From a virus (Duplodnaviria > Heunggongvirae > Uroviricota > Caudoviricetes), in the IMG/VR virus record IMGVR_UViG_2627853771_000002: 15,132 nt of DNA. One strand, written 5' to 3'. The notes beneath the pieces were generated by a model. That model searched no databases. It was given only the letters and a program-made list of their open reading frames with translations, and was not told the origin of the DNA. Both the position numbers and the translations under genes were made by a program. Numbering within the stretch: the first letter of the stretch is position 1; each line of letters starts with the position of its first letter. Positions 7,290-14,739 of this stretch are shown piece after piece.

Positions 7290-8129
7290 GTGGCGTGTCG
7301 TTATCAGTGGAGATTACTAACGCATGAACAGTTTATCAACACAATACCGCAGGTCGCAACTTGTAGCGCGGCCAGTTCCTGGTGGAGCAGGGCCGGTGCA
7401 GTTCGTGTAGAGCCATTCGTTGGTGGTGGGTCGGTATTCCTGAACAGCGAAAAGCACGCAGATTACCTGCTGGCGGACGTTAACCCGGACCTGATTAATC
7501 TGTATCAGATGTTAGCGGTCGTGCCGGATGAAGTGGAATTGAAGGCCCGCTGGATGTTCGAGCACATGCGGTCACCAGAGCGCTATGAGCTGATCCGTTC
7601 CGAGTTCAACTCTCAGACGCTGGATGCTACTGAACGCGCAGCTGCATTCCTGTATCTCAACCGGCATTGCTTCAATGGTCTGATGCGCTACAACCAGGCG
7701 AACAAGTTCAATGTGGGCTGGGGAGGCTACAAGGCTCCGTATTACCCGATGGATGAGATGAAAGCCTTCGCGGCTATGGCGCATAACTGCGTATTCATGA
7801 CGGCTGATTACCGCCGGACAATCAGCCTGGCCGGGAAAGGGGATGTGGTTTACTGCGATCCGCCTTACGAACCGATGCCGGGAACAACCGGATTCACCGC
7901 CTACGCCGCTGGTGGTTTTAACTGGGAGAACCAGGTAGACCTGGCGAAGCAATGCGTATCAGCCTTTCACCGTGGGGCTCGGGTAGTGATTTCTAACTCA
8001 TCTGCACCGAAGGTTCTCGACCTGTACCGGGAGCATGGTTTTAACCTGCAATTCATCAACGCGCGCCGTTCGATCTCCTGCAAAAGCAGTACGCGGGAAG
8101 TCGCAAAAGACGTTGTAGCGATCCTTTAA
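7290..8129 (+). CDS. DNA adenine methyltransferase (Dam family, N6-adenine)
   Basis: Motif I EPFVGGGSVFLN and motif IV CDPPYEP; overall resemblance to E. coli Dam (FLYLNRHCFNGLMRYN, ISNS). The only in-frame start after the upstream stop is the GTG at 7290; the nearest ATG (7324) is out of frame, so the start is uncertain. Confidence 0.75.
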   Translation: MACRYQWRLLTHEQFINTIPQVATCSAASSWWSRAGAVRVEPFVGGGSVFLNSEKHADYLLADVNPDLINLYQMLAVVPDEVELKARWMFEHMRSPERYELIRSEFNSQTLDATERAAAFLYLNRHCFNGLMRYNQANKFNVGWGGYKAPYYPMDEMKAFAAMAHNCVFMTADYRRTISLAGKGDVVYCDPPYEPMPGTTGFTAYAAGGFNWENQVDLAKQCVSAFHRGARVVISNSSAPKVLDLYREHGFNLQFINARRSISCKSSTREVAKDVVAIL

Positions 8130-8138
8130 GGGGGCTAA

Positions 8139-8981
8139 ATGAAACTGACTTTACCATTTCCACCGAGCGTAAATAGTTACTGGCGCGCCCCGAGCAAGGG
8201 ACCGCTGAAAGGCAGGCATCTGGTAAGCGAGACAGGGCGCAAGTTCCAGCAGGCAGCGAGAGCGGCGATTATTGAGCAACTGCGGGCCGTTCCCCGGCCA
8301 TCCTCAGATCTGGCCGAGGTTCACATAAACGTTGTTGAGGGCGCGGGGCTTGAGCTTGATCCTGATGATGATTCACAGGTTCTTAAAGCGATTGGTGGCG
8401 GTCGCCTGCTTAATATTGTCACCTTTACTAAGTCAGGGACTTACACTCCAACTAAAGGGACGAAAAGAGTGCGGGTGAAAGTTTGGGGAGCGGGGGGAGG
8501 TGGCCAGAATGCTCCAGTTAGTGTGGGCGCATCTGGAGGTTGTGCTGGTGGATTTTCGGAAGGGTTATTTAATATTTCTGATAACGAAACTATATCTGTG
8601 ACGATAGGTACTGGTGGCAGTGCTGTTGCTGCTGGTGTCTCGTCTAAAGGCGGGAATGGTGGTGATACAAGGTTCGGGAGTTTAATCTCAGCTACTGGAG
8701 GGAGTGGTGGCGGGGCTACAGTTCCTGCTGGAGGTATCGGAAGTGGCGGGAACATTTTAAATATTACTGGCGAAATATCTCAAGGTGGTCTGTATTATGG
8801 TTCTGATGCTTTTATTGGCGGGGCTGGAGGATCTGCATTTTCATCAACGGGTGGCAATGGCCACTTCGGTAGTTCTGGCGATGATGGCGGTTTCCCCGGC
8901 TCAGGTGGTGCCGGGGGGAATGGTAACTATTCATCAGGAAAAGGAGCGAATGGTTTAGTTTACCTTGAAGAGTTTTCCTGA
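8139..8981 (+). CDS. RusA-like N-terminal region fused in frame to a glycine-rich, fibre-like C-terminal region
   Basis: N-terminus MKLTLPFPPSVNSYWR... resembles the RusA resolvase N-terminus (ITLPWPPSNNRYYR), and ...GGGRLLNIVTFT resembles the RusA C-terminus. From about aa 110 the protein is a GGxGG-rich tract of about 170 aa. ATG at 8139 follows AAGGGGG. Confidence 0.5.
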   Translation: MKLTLPFPPSVNSYWRAPSKGPLKGRHLVSETGRKFQQAARAAIIEQLRAVPRPSSDLAEVHINVVEGAGLELDPDDDSQVLKAIGGGRLLNIVTFTKSGTYTPTKGTKRVRVKVWGAGGGGQNAPVSVGASGGCAGGFSEGLFNISDNETISVTIGTGGSAVAAGVSSKGGNGGDTRFGSLISATGGSGGGATVPAGGIGSGGNILNITGEISQGGLYYGSDAFIGGAGGSAFSSTGGNGHFGSSGDDGGFPGSGGAGGNGNYSSGKGANGLVYLEEFS

Positions 8982-10051
8982 TTATTTTTGCTTTGAGCGT
9001 CCGCCCTTATTTTTGCTCTAATTTTAATTAGTGGCTTGTCTATTAATATTACACAAACGATCCCAAGTGCAATTGATATTGGGTAGCCTAATAAAAAGAT
9101 GGATAAGCCACGATTTTCACCACCAATAGCAAGCCATGCTAGAAATCCACCAAAATATTGACAAAGAAAAATTGGATAGGCCAGGTCACCAAACCACTTG
9201 AGTATTTTCTCAAGATGTATGTTTGTCTTTATTTTTAATAATACCAGGGTTGTAAACAATGCTATTACATTATTGGTGTAGTAAAGTATTATGTTGTACT
9301 GACCTAATGGATTAATTGTATATAAATGCCAATTGGTAATAAAAATCCCGATGCAAATAAATGTTATTAAAAAAGCTTTGTGTGGAGAAAGATACATAGC
9401 TTTGAACTTTCTATGGGCAAAATAACCCAGAGAACCCATGCTAAAAGGAAGTGTTGCAGCAAGGAATGGGAAATACGCCATATCAAAAGAATGGTGTACT
9501 ACATATACGTAAGCATGATAAAGCAGTGAAAGCAGAATCGACGTAATGGCTGTAAATTTATTTCGGGCTATGAAAAGCCACAATAAAAAATAACATGTTA
9601 TCTCAACACCCACTGACCATGATGATGTGACTATTCTGAATCTATTACCATCAATAGCAAAGTGATAAATGGATGAAAAGGCACCGAATGGATTTGCTAC
9701 AGCATTATCAGAAAGGAAAGCCCAGGGGAAGATTAAGAGGTTTCCTAATAAATCTCCAGGTAAGAAATTGCCTGTCCAGTTTGAGTGGAATTCCTTTGCG
9801 GATGGAATTAATTTTATAATAAGAAAGCCCATGACGAGAAAAAATATATATGCCGGGAATAACCTCAGTATTCTATTTTTCCAAAACATAGAGAAGTTGA
9901 ACTTGTATGTTTCATGCAAAATGTATGTTATTAAAAAACCACTAATAACATAGAAGCAATTCACTGCAAAGTTGCCAAGTGCAGGTATGCGAGCCGTTAA
10001 GTGAAAAGCAATGACGCACGATGCCAAAAAAAACCTTATTAGGCCAAGCAT
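8960..10051 (-). CDS. Acyltransferase-3 family integral membrane protein (O-antigen O-acetyltransferase-like, Oac/OafA type)
   Basis: 363-aa very hydrophobic ORF with motifs typical of the family (RFFLASCVIAFH, FYVISGFLITY); strongly AT-rich relative to its flanks. Its 3' end overlaps the convergent glycine-rich ORF by about 22 bp. Confidence 0.75.
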   Translation of the reverse strand: MLGLIRFFLASCVIAFHLTARIPALGNFAVNCFYVISGFLITYILHETYKFNFSMFWKNRILRLFPAYIFFLVMGFLIIKLIPSAKEFHSNWTGNFLPGDLLGNLLIFPWAFLSDNAVANPFGAFSSIYHFAIDGNRFRIVTSSWSVGVEITCYFLLWLFIARNKFTAITSILLSLLYHAYVYVVHHSFDMAYFPFLAATLPFSMGSLGYFAHRKFKAMYLSPHKAFLITFICIGIFITNWHLYTINPLGQYNIILYYTNNVIALFTTLVLLKIKTNIHLEKILKWFGDLAYPIFLCQYFGGFLAWLAIGGENRGLSIFLLGYPISIALGIVCVILIDKPLIKIRAKIRADAQSKNNQENSSR

Positions 10052-10314
10052 TATTTTATCTCCGCGCCAATATCGCGCATTTTATTTATTACATTGTTAA
10101 GTTGCTCATCAGACAGAACAAGCTGAGCTGCAATATAAAACAGTATGTGTCTTGACATTACCCTGGGGCTCTCTCCGCCAGTGTATTTCCGCCATTGGCT
10201 ATCGCTGGCTACACCTGCGAGCCCTGCCATTTGGTTTCCGGAGTAATTTAGTGCGGATTTCAGTCTGGCTAAATCTTCCTGCGTTGGAGGGGTGTATTTA
10301 TTTATTAAAATCAT
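10051..10314 (-). CDS. Small XRE-type HTH protein co-transcribed with the acyltransferase
   Basis: 87 aa from the ATG at 10314 (track ORF starts at a GTG at 10338). HTH-like segment LARLKSALNYSGNQMAGLAGVASDSQWRKYTGGESPR. Its stop overlaps the acyltransferase start (TAATG). Confidence 0.5.
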   Translation of the reverse strand: MILINKYTPPTQEDLARLKSALNYSGNQMAGLAGVASDSQWRKYTGGESPRVMSRHILFYIAAQLVLSDEQLNNVINKMRDIGAEIK

Positions 10315-10415
10315 TCTCTTATTTAACCGTTTAAACACGTAAGGCGATGTTAGCCCTGAAGGGGCGGGGCGTCAATCTTAATTGCTTCATTGAAAAGATG
10401 AAGACAGGAACAGGT

Positions 10416-12410
10416 ATGGACAAAAGATATAATACCGGCAATCCAAGACCTTCAAATAGCATGAAGGATCTGAATGATAACGCCCTGGCGTACGATGATT
10501 TCCTGAACAGCGAAAGCGATACTTTTATAGATCGTTTTGGTAACGCCCAGGATACGATAATTGGGGCTACTAAAAAAATGGCAGCTGCTACCGACGCTGT
10601 TATTGATGAAGCCCGCCAAAACCTGATCCCTCTCAGCCGGCAGTACATGACGCTGGCGGCGGCGCAGGCGGATATTGCGAATATTCCGGCAGGTTCAACA
10701 ACCTATGTCCGCAGTCAGGACGGAAGCTCTCTGGCCGATGAGTATATCAACCTCGCTGGAACGCTGCAGCCAACCGGACGGCGGATGGTTCGTGACGACT
10801 ACGCATACCAGGTATCGCCAGACAGCGTGACCCTGGCAGCATATGATCCGGAGACTTCCCGCGTGGCTCCATTTTTAAATACAAGCGGCAGATTAATTCA
10901 AATCGGTCCTGACGGAAAATATTACGAACTTTTAACCCAACAAGAATCCGAACTCTATGCGCTGGGCCGGGAGGGTTCTATACCGCAGTTTATTGGCGGT
11001 GAAAAAGTGTGGCGGATGACGGTTGATTCAACCACAAACCAGATCGTTGAAGCTTATACGGTTGGTGGGAAGCACTGGATTTACTCAGACGGTGGCCTGG
11101 TAGCTGTTAATAACGGAAATGGCGGTGGTGGTGGCGACGATGATGCCAACCAGCTCCCTGAGTATGGACTTCATTTGTCAGGGTCTACTGTGTACCCCTA
11201 CTCAGAGACAGTGCCTGTATGTTTTATCTTTGTGACTGCTGGGCAATCCAACGCTCGAGGATATTGTCCTGACGCCGATCAAACCATTGTCGCAGCAACG
11301 CCGATATATCCTGATAACGCTTTCATGCTCAGCGGCGGGGTTAGGCGTACAGGGACACGCAGCACTACTCTGGTGCCACTGGTTGAGGCAGTAAGTGGGA
11401 CAGATAAAGAAACGGCCGCAAGCGGCCTCGCGAACACCTTCATTCGCGATATGGCTGCAGCTACCGGAATCATGCCGCGCACGCTATCAATCGTATGTGC
11501 GCAGTCTGGTCAGGCTTACGAGTACCAGAAACGGGGTAACCAGGTATATCAGTATCTGCTCGATTCAATCGAAGACTGCGTAACGGCCTGTAAAGCACGC
11601 GGCTGGCTGCCGATTGTTCTCTGCGTTGACTGGATGCAGGGAGAGTCCGACGAGGACTGGTCAGGATTACGAGAAGGAATGTATGAATCACGGATGAGGC
11701 AGTACCAGAGACAAATCACCAGCGACATCATCGCAAGAACGGGTCAAAACGAACCGCCGATTATCGCCATTACCCAGCTGGGGTATGTCAATGACGGGCA
11801 TGGTGCATTTACAGGCCAGTACGCGCGACTGGCGTCGACGCGATTGCACGGAAAAGAGCAATTCAGGCTGGTCAATAGTTTGTACCAGTACGATTTTATT
11901 TCAGACGGTCTGCACTTGACGTGTGCGGGCCAGAACCGGCGCGGAGCAGCTGTGGCGAGAGCGCTTCTCCAGGAGTGGTTTACGAGCGGCTGGTCAGGGA
12001 TGGTTCCGACCAGTTTCGTGTGGAACTCACCCACGCAGATACAAATCAATGTCCCAGCGTATACGAACCTGGTGCTGGACACGACTACGATCAACACCTC
12101 CGGTCTGGCCAATTACGGCTTTAGCTACACGGATGAGACTGGTGCTCCACCTGCTATATCGAGCATCGCGATCAGCTCGGACGGCAAGGGCGTGCTGATT
12201 AACCTGGCGACCGCCCCCTCTGGACGTTTTGGGCGCGTTTCCTATGCGACAGCAGAAAACCCACTTCAGAGCGGCGCATCTGTAAAACCTTCCGGGCGGA
12301 CTCTTGGTGCAAGAGGGTGTGTTCGATCTTCCGCTGGAATCATATGGGTGTATGACACATCCGTGACTCTTTACGACTGGCTCCCCGCTTTTCGTATTAA
12401 CGTTTTCTGA
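10416..12410 (+). CDS. Tail-fibre/tailspike-like protein with an internal SGNH/SASA-type carbohydrate esterase domain
   Basis: Esterase block motifs in order: GQSN (VTAGQSNARGY, nt about 11241-11252), QGESD (DWMQGESDED, nt about 11631-11651) and DxxH (SDGLHLT, nt about 11904-11918). A Gly/Asp linker (NGNGGGGGDDD) precedes the domain. Start taken as the ATG at 10416 (AGGAACAGG upstream); the maximal ORF begins at 10347. Confidence 0.55.
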   Translation: MDKRYNTGNPRPSNSMKDLNDNALAYDDFLNSESDTFIDRFGNAQDTIIGATKKMAAATDAVIDEARQNLIPLSRQYMTLAAAQADIANIPAGSTTYVRSQDGSSLADEYINLAGTLQPTGRRMVRDDYAYQVSPDSVTLAAYDPETSRVAPFLNTSGRLIQIGPDGKYYELLTQQESELYALGREGSIPQFIGGEKVWRMTVDSTTNQIVEAYTVGGKHWIYSDGGLVAVNNGNGGGGGDDDANQLPEYGLHLSGSTVYPYSETVPVCFIFVTAGQSNARGYCPDADQTIVAATPIYPDNAFMLSGGVRRTGTRSTTLVPLVEAVSGTDKETAASGLANTFIRDMAAATGIMPRTLSIVCAQSGQAYEYQKRGNQVYQYLLDSIEDCVTACKARGWLPIVLCVDWMQGESDEDWSGLREGMYESRMRQYQRQITSDIIARTGQNEPPIIAITQLGYVNDGHGAFTGQYARLASTRLHGKEQFRLVNSLYQYDFISDGLHLTCAGQNRRGAAVARALLQEWFTSGWSGMVPTSFVWNSPTQIQINVPAYTNLVLDTTTINTSGLANYGFSYTDETGAPPAISSIAISSDGKGVLINLATAPSGRFGRVSYATAENPLQSGASVKPSGRTLGARGCVRSSAGIIWVYDTSVTLYDWLPAFRINVF

Positions 12411-12419
12411 GGATAAAAA

Positions 12420-13220
12420 ATGAGACTGATTTACACACTAACTGGACTGAATAACCCCTTACTCCCTGTGTACTCACAAACAGCGGCAGAGAAAGCGATC
12501 TCAGAACTATCCCCATCAGTATGGACACCAGTGAAGACAGAGTTTCTAAAAATGGGGTCTGGTGCAAAAGTAGTAGCTATCTCTAACCGATTAGATGGCG
12601 GACTTTTCAAGTCACTGGAGACCCTCGAGCCATCCACAAAGCTGAATGGTTCTGTTTTGCAGGGGCTTAATTTCTCCGGTGCATCCGGCATGGCTGGTGA
12701 TACGGCGGTGGTTATGGACGCAAACATCAATACTTTTGCATTCATCTATCAGCTGCCAGGTGGGGCGCTTCCGGCTACGCCACAGGACAGAGCGGTTATC
12801 GCAACCCAGGAAAGCACACCTCATGGCGTCGGCATTCGTACAACGTCAGCAGGTTCATTCCCGATTTTTCTGAATGGAGGGATCGAGGCCGATCTGGCAT
12901 TTACTCCTAACAATATAGGGCAATCTTTATTCTGCGCTGTAGTTATGTGCTCTAACAAGGCTGCTGGATCCTATGCAATTGCATACCAGCGGTCAGATCA
13001 GTCTGCAGTGACCAGCCGACAAGTGACGGGCTATACAATCCCAGCGTATAGCCCGTCTCAAAAAATGAGTATTGGCGGAGCAGGCAATGGTTCAGTGTCT
13101 CCGTTAACATCCGTTTTGTCAGAATGTTTGGTTTTCCCCGGCAAATATGCATATGGGACCAGCACACTGGATGTCATCCTGGCATATCTGATGGAGAGGA
13201 TTGGAAAAATCACGGCCTAG
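12420..13220 (+). CDS. Hypothetical 266-aa protein co-transcribed with the fibre/esterase gene (possible fibre partner or assembly protein)
   Basis: ATG at 12420 lies 6 nt after GAGGA and 9 bp after the upstream stop. No recognisable motif. Confidence 0.5.
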   Translation: MRLIYTLTGLNNPLLPVYSQTAAEKAISELSPSVWTPVKTEFLKMGSGAKVVAISNRLDGGLFKSLETLEPSTKLNGSVLQGLNFSGASGMAGDTAVVMDANINTFAFIYQLPGGALPATPQDRAVIATQESTPHGVGIRTTSAGSFPIFLNGGIEADLAFTPNNIGQSLFCAVVMCSNKAAGSYAIAYQRSDQSAVTSRQVTGYTIPAYSPSQKMSIGGAGNGSVSPLTSVLSECLVFPGKYAYGTSTLDVILAYLMERIGKITA

Positions 13221-13254
13221 AATTTGCCGAATGCATCCGAGTCGGTCCGCAGCG

Positions 13255-13413
13255 ATGGAGCAGGAGAGAGTCGGCGGCCGCCGCCGGATAATGACTGAAG
13301 AAGTGGTGGAGCGGTGCCGCAGAATGCTGGAGAACGGCGCTACCCGGCAGCAGGTGGCTGATGTGACAGGCGTGGACGTGAAAACAATCTACAAGTACCT
13401 CCCGGCGACTTGA
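13255..13413 (+). pseudogene. 3' fragment of a serine DNA invertase gene (Hin/Gin/Pin-type C-terminal HTH only)
   Basis: ...GGRRRIMTEEVVERCRRMLENGATRQQVADVTGVDVKTIYKYLPAT-stop resembles the C-terminal HTH of Hin/Gin/Pin invertases; no catalytic N-terminal domain precedes it, because the upstream sequence is the end of the 266-aa gene. Confidence 0.55.
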
Positions 13414-13490
13414 AGGCAAAGATTTCACTACTTTTCCTGATATGTTACGTTTGGCTTAATCAATTCATTCAGCTTTGAAAACAGTTTGGT

Positions 13491-13913
13491 TTGTTCGTGA
13501 ACGGTAAGAAAACAATAAGTTTTGAGCAATTTTTAACTATTAACAGCAATCTTGTTTCCATCTCAGATACATGGGCTGACTTGTGGGCGTTAATTTTTCA
13601 CACGGGTTTAAGCGCTGGAAGGCTGCTGAGTATTCGATATGATGATATTGATGGTGACTTGATACTGATACGAAAACAGGGTCACCTGAAGGAGCTACGT
13701 GTTAAATCAACCCCTCCAGTGGAGGGGATCATTGCTCGTAGAAGAGAACGCTATCCAGAAGATGTTTTTTTATTTCAGAGCCATTCTAACCGTGTGAAGT
13801 ACCAATGCCGGCCGGTCACTATAATTGCTTTCAACGCCGCTTTACGTCGCGCCGCTAGATCATTACCAGACGTTAACGTAAGCAGTAGTAGCGCGAGAAA
13901 CATACCGGACTAA
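13491..13913 (+). pseudogene. FimB/FimE-like small tyrosine recombinase remnant, C-terminally truncated and degenerate
   Basis: Box-I-like region LWALIFHTGLSAGRLLSIRYDDIDGDLILIRKQG parallels FimB/FimE, but the catalytic Arg position is Ser and the His/Arg/Tyr C-terminal motifs are absent. No ATG start (TTG/GTG only). Confidence 0.4.
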
Positions 13914-13931
13914 CCGCCTGTCCAGTCGCGT

Positions 13932-13985
13932 GTGGCCGATGTGACAGGCGTGGGGGTGAAGACTATTTACAAATATTTGCCAGTA
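13932..13985 (+). repeat. Second diverged copy of the invertase 3'-end segment
   Basis: gtggccgatgtgacaggcgtgggggtgaagactatttacaaatatttgccagta encodes VADVTGVGVKTIYKYLPV; most differences from copy 1 are synonymous. In frame with ORF 13491-13913 but separated from it by a TAA. Confidence 0.5.
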
Positions 13986-14003
13986 CAATACGGCGATAAA
14001 AAC

Positions 14004-14029
14004 CCCCTTGAGCAGGCACACTCAAGGGG
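14004..14029 (-). terminator. Hairpin with a T-run on the minus strand; possible terminator for leftward transcription
   Basis: CCCCTTGAG (14004-14012), 8-nt loop, CTCAAGGGG (14021-14029); the preceding plus-strand AAAAA is a T-run after the hairpin on the minus strand. Confidence 0.3.
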
Positions 14030-14140
14030 AAAATACTACATAACATCATTGCTGTGTGCGTCTTTGCGCTCGTCTATCTTCCAAGAATATGCCTAAAGCT
14101 TCCAGATATTTCTGGTCTGAGCTGTTACATCATGGAGTAG

Positions 14141-14198
14141 GTGCCGATGTGATAGGTTAAGAGCGAAGATGATCTGTAAGTACCTTCCGACGTCGAGG
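14141..14198 (+). repeat. Third, more degenerate copy of the invertase 3'-end segment
   Basis: gtgccgatgtgataggttaagagcgaagatgatctgtaagtaccttccgacgtcgagg aligns with copy 1 (gtggctgatgtgacaggc...aaaacaatctacaagtacctcccggcgact). Confidence 0.35.
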
Positions 14199-14533
14199 GG
14201 CAATGACCATGAATTTGGGTCTATACCATCCCAATTCATATATTCTTTGTAAGTCTATGAAATATAGAGCAAAGTATTCTGTTCGAAATGAACCATATGG
14301 AATAGCCAAAGGCTAAAATGCCCAGAGTAAAAACAACAATCAGCAAGTCCGTCTGTGACATCTTATATCCATTTTGCAGTAGCAGGTTTTGAGAAAAGAT
14401 AGTTCATAGTTGGCACATAGACAACATAATCACTAAGTGAAACCAATATCAGAGGCTAAAAGGTGACTGGTTTCCTCCTCAGTGTTCCTGATTGATAGCT
14501 GGAACCTGTATTGATCAGATCTCTTAATGAATC

Positions 14534-14553
14534 TACTGTATATAAAAACAGTA
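14534..14553 (+). promoter_or_regulatory. LexA (SOS) box overlapping a promoter
   Basis: TACTGTATATAAAAACAGTA matches the E. coli consensus TACTG(TA)5CAGTA at 18 of 20 positions (CTGT-N8-ACAG intact). A possible -35 TTGATC lies at 14510-14515. Confidence 0.75.
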
Positions 14554-14571
14554 TTTTCGGGAGGTGAAGTT

Positions 14572-14730
14572 ATGCCGCGAAACTCAGATATCGAAATAGC
14601 CTGGCGTCAGGCAATTGTCATTGAGCCTAATGGCCGTCGCACCGTGACAACGTCCGGTTTTATCCGGGAACTCGCAAAAGTTAACTGGATATGGTCACCG
14701 CGCCAGGCTAACCAGTGGATAGAGCACTGA
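14572..14730 (+). CDS. Small hypothetical protein (52 aa) immediately downstream of the LexA box
   Basis: ATG at 14572 lies 7 nt after GGGAGG; translation MPRNSDIEIAWRQAIVIEPNGRRTVTTSGFIRELAKVNWIWSPRQANQWIEH; stop 9 bp before the UmuD-like start. No family recognised. Confidence 0.45.
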   Translation: MPRNSDIEIAWRQAIVIEPNGRRTVTTSGFIRELAKVNWIWSPRQANQWIEH

Positions 14731-14739
14731 CATTCCGGG

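Noticed and set aside
7572-7952. Minus-strand 126-aa ORF inside the Dam gene
   Set aside because: Antisense to a gene with clear methyltransferase motifs.
8441-8755. Minus-strand 104-aa proline-rich ORF
   Set aside because: It is the reverse-complement reading of the glycine-rich GGN codon tract (GGN becomes NCC); a mirror artefact of ORF 8139-8981.
11279-12198. Multiple short ORFs on both strands inside the fibre/esterase gene
   Set aside because: Nested in a long ORF with ordered esterase motifs; typical GC-rich alternative-frame noise.
13466-13490. Possible hix/gix-like invertase crossover site (tttgaaaacagtttggttt)
   Set aside because: Only the left half resembles a hix half-site; the right half does not form the required inverted repeat.
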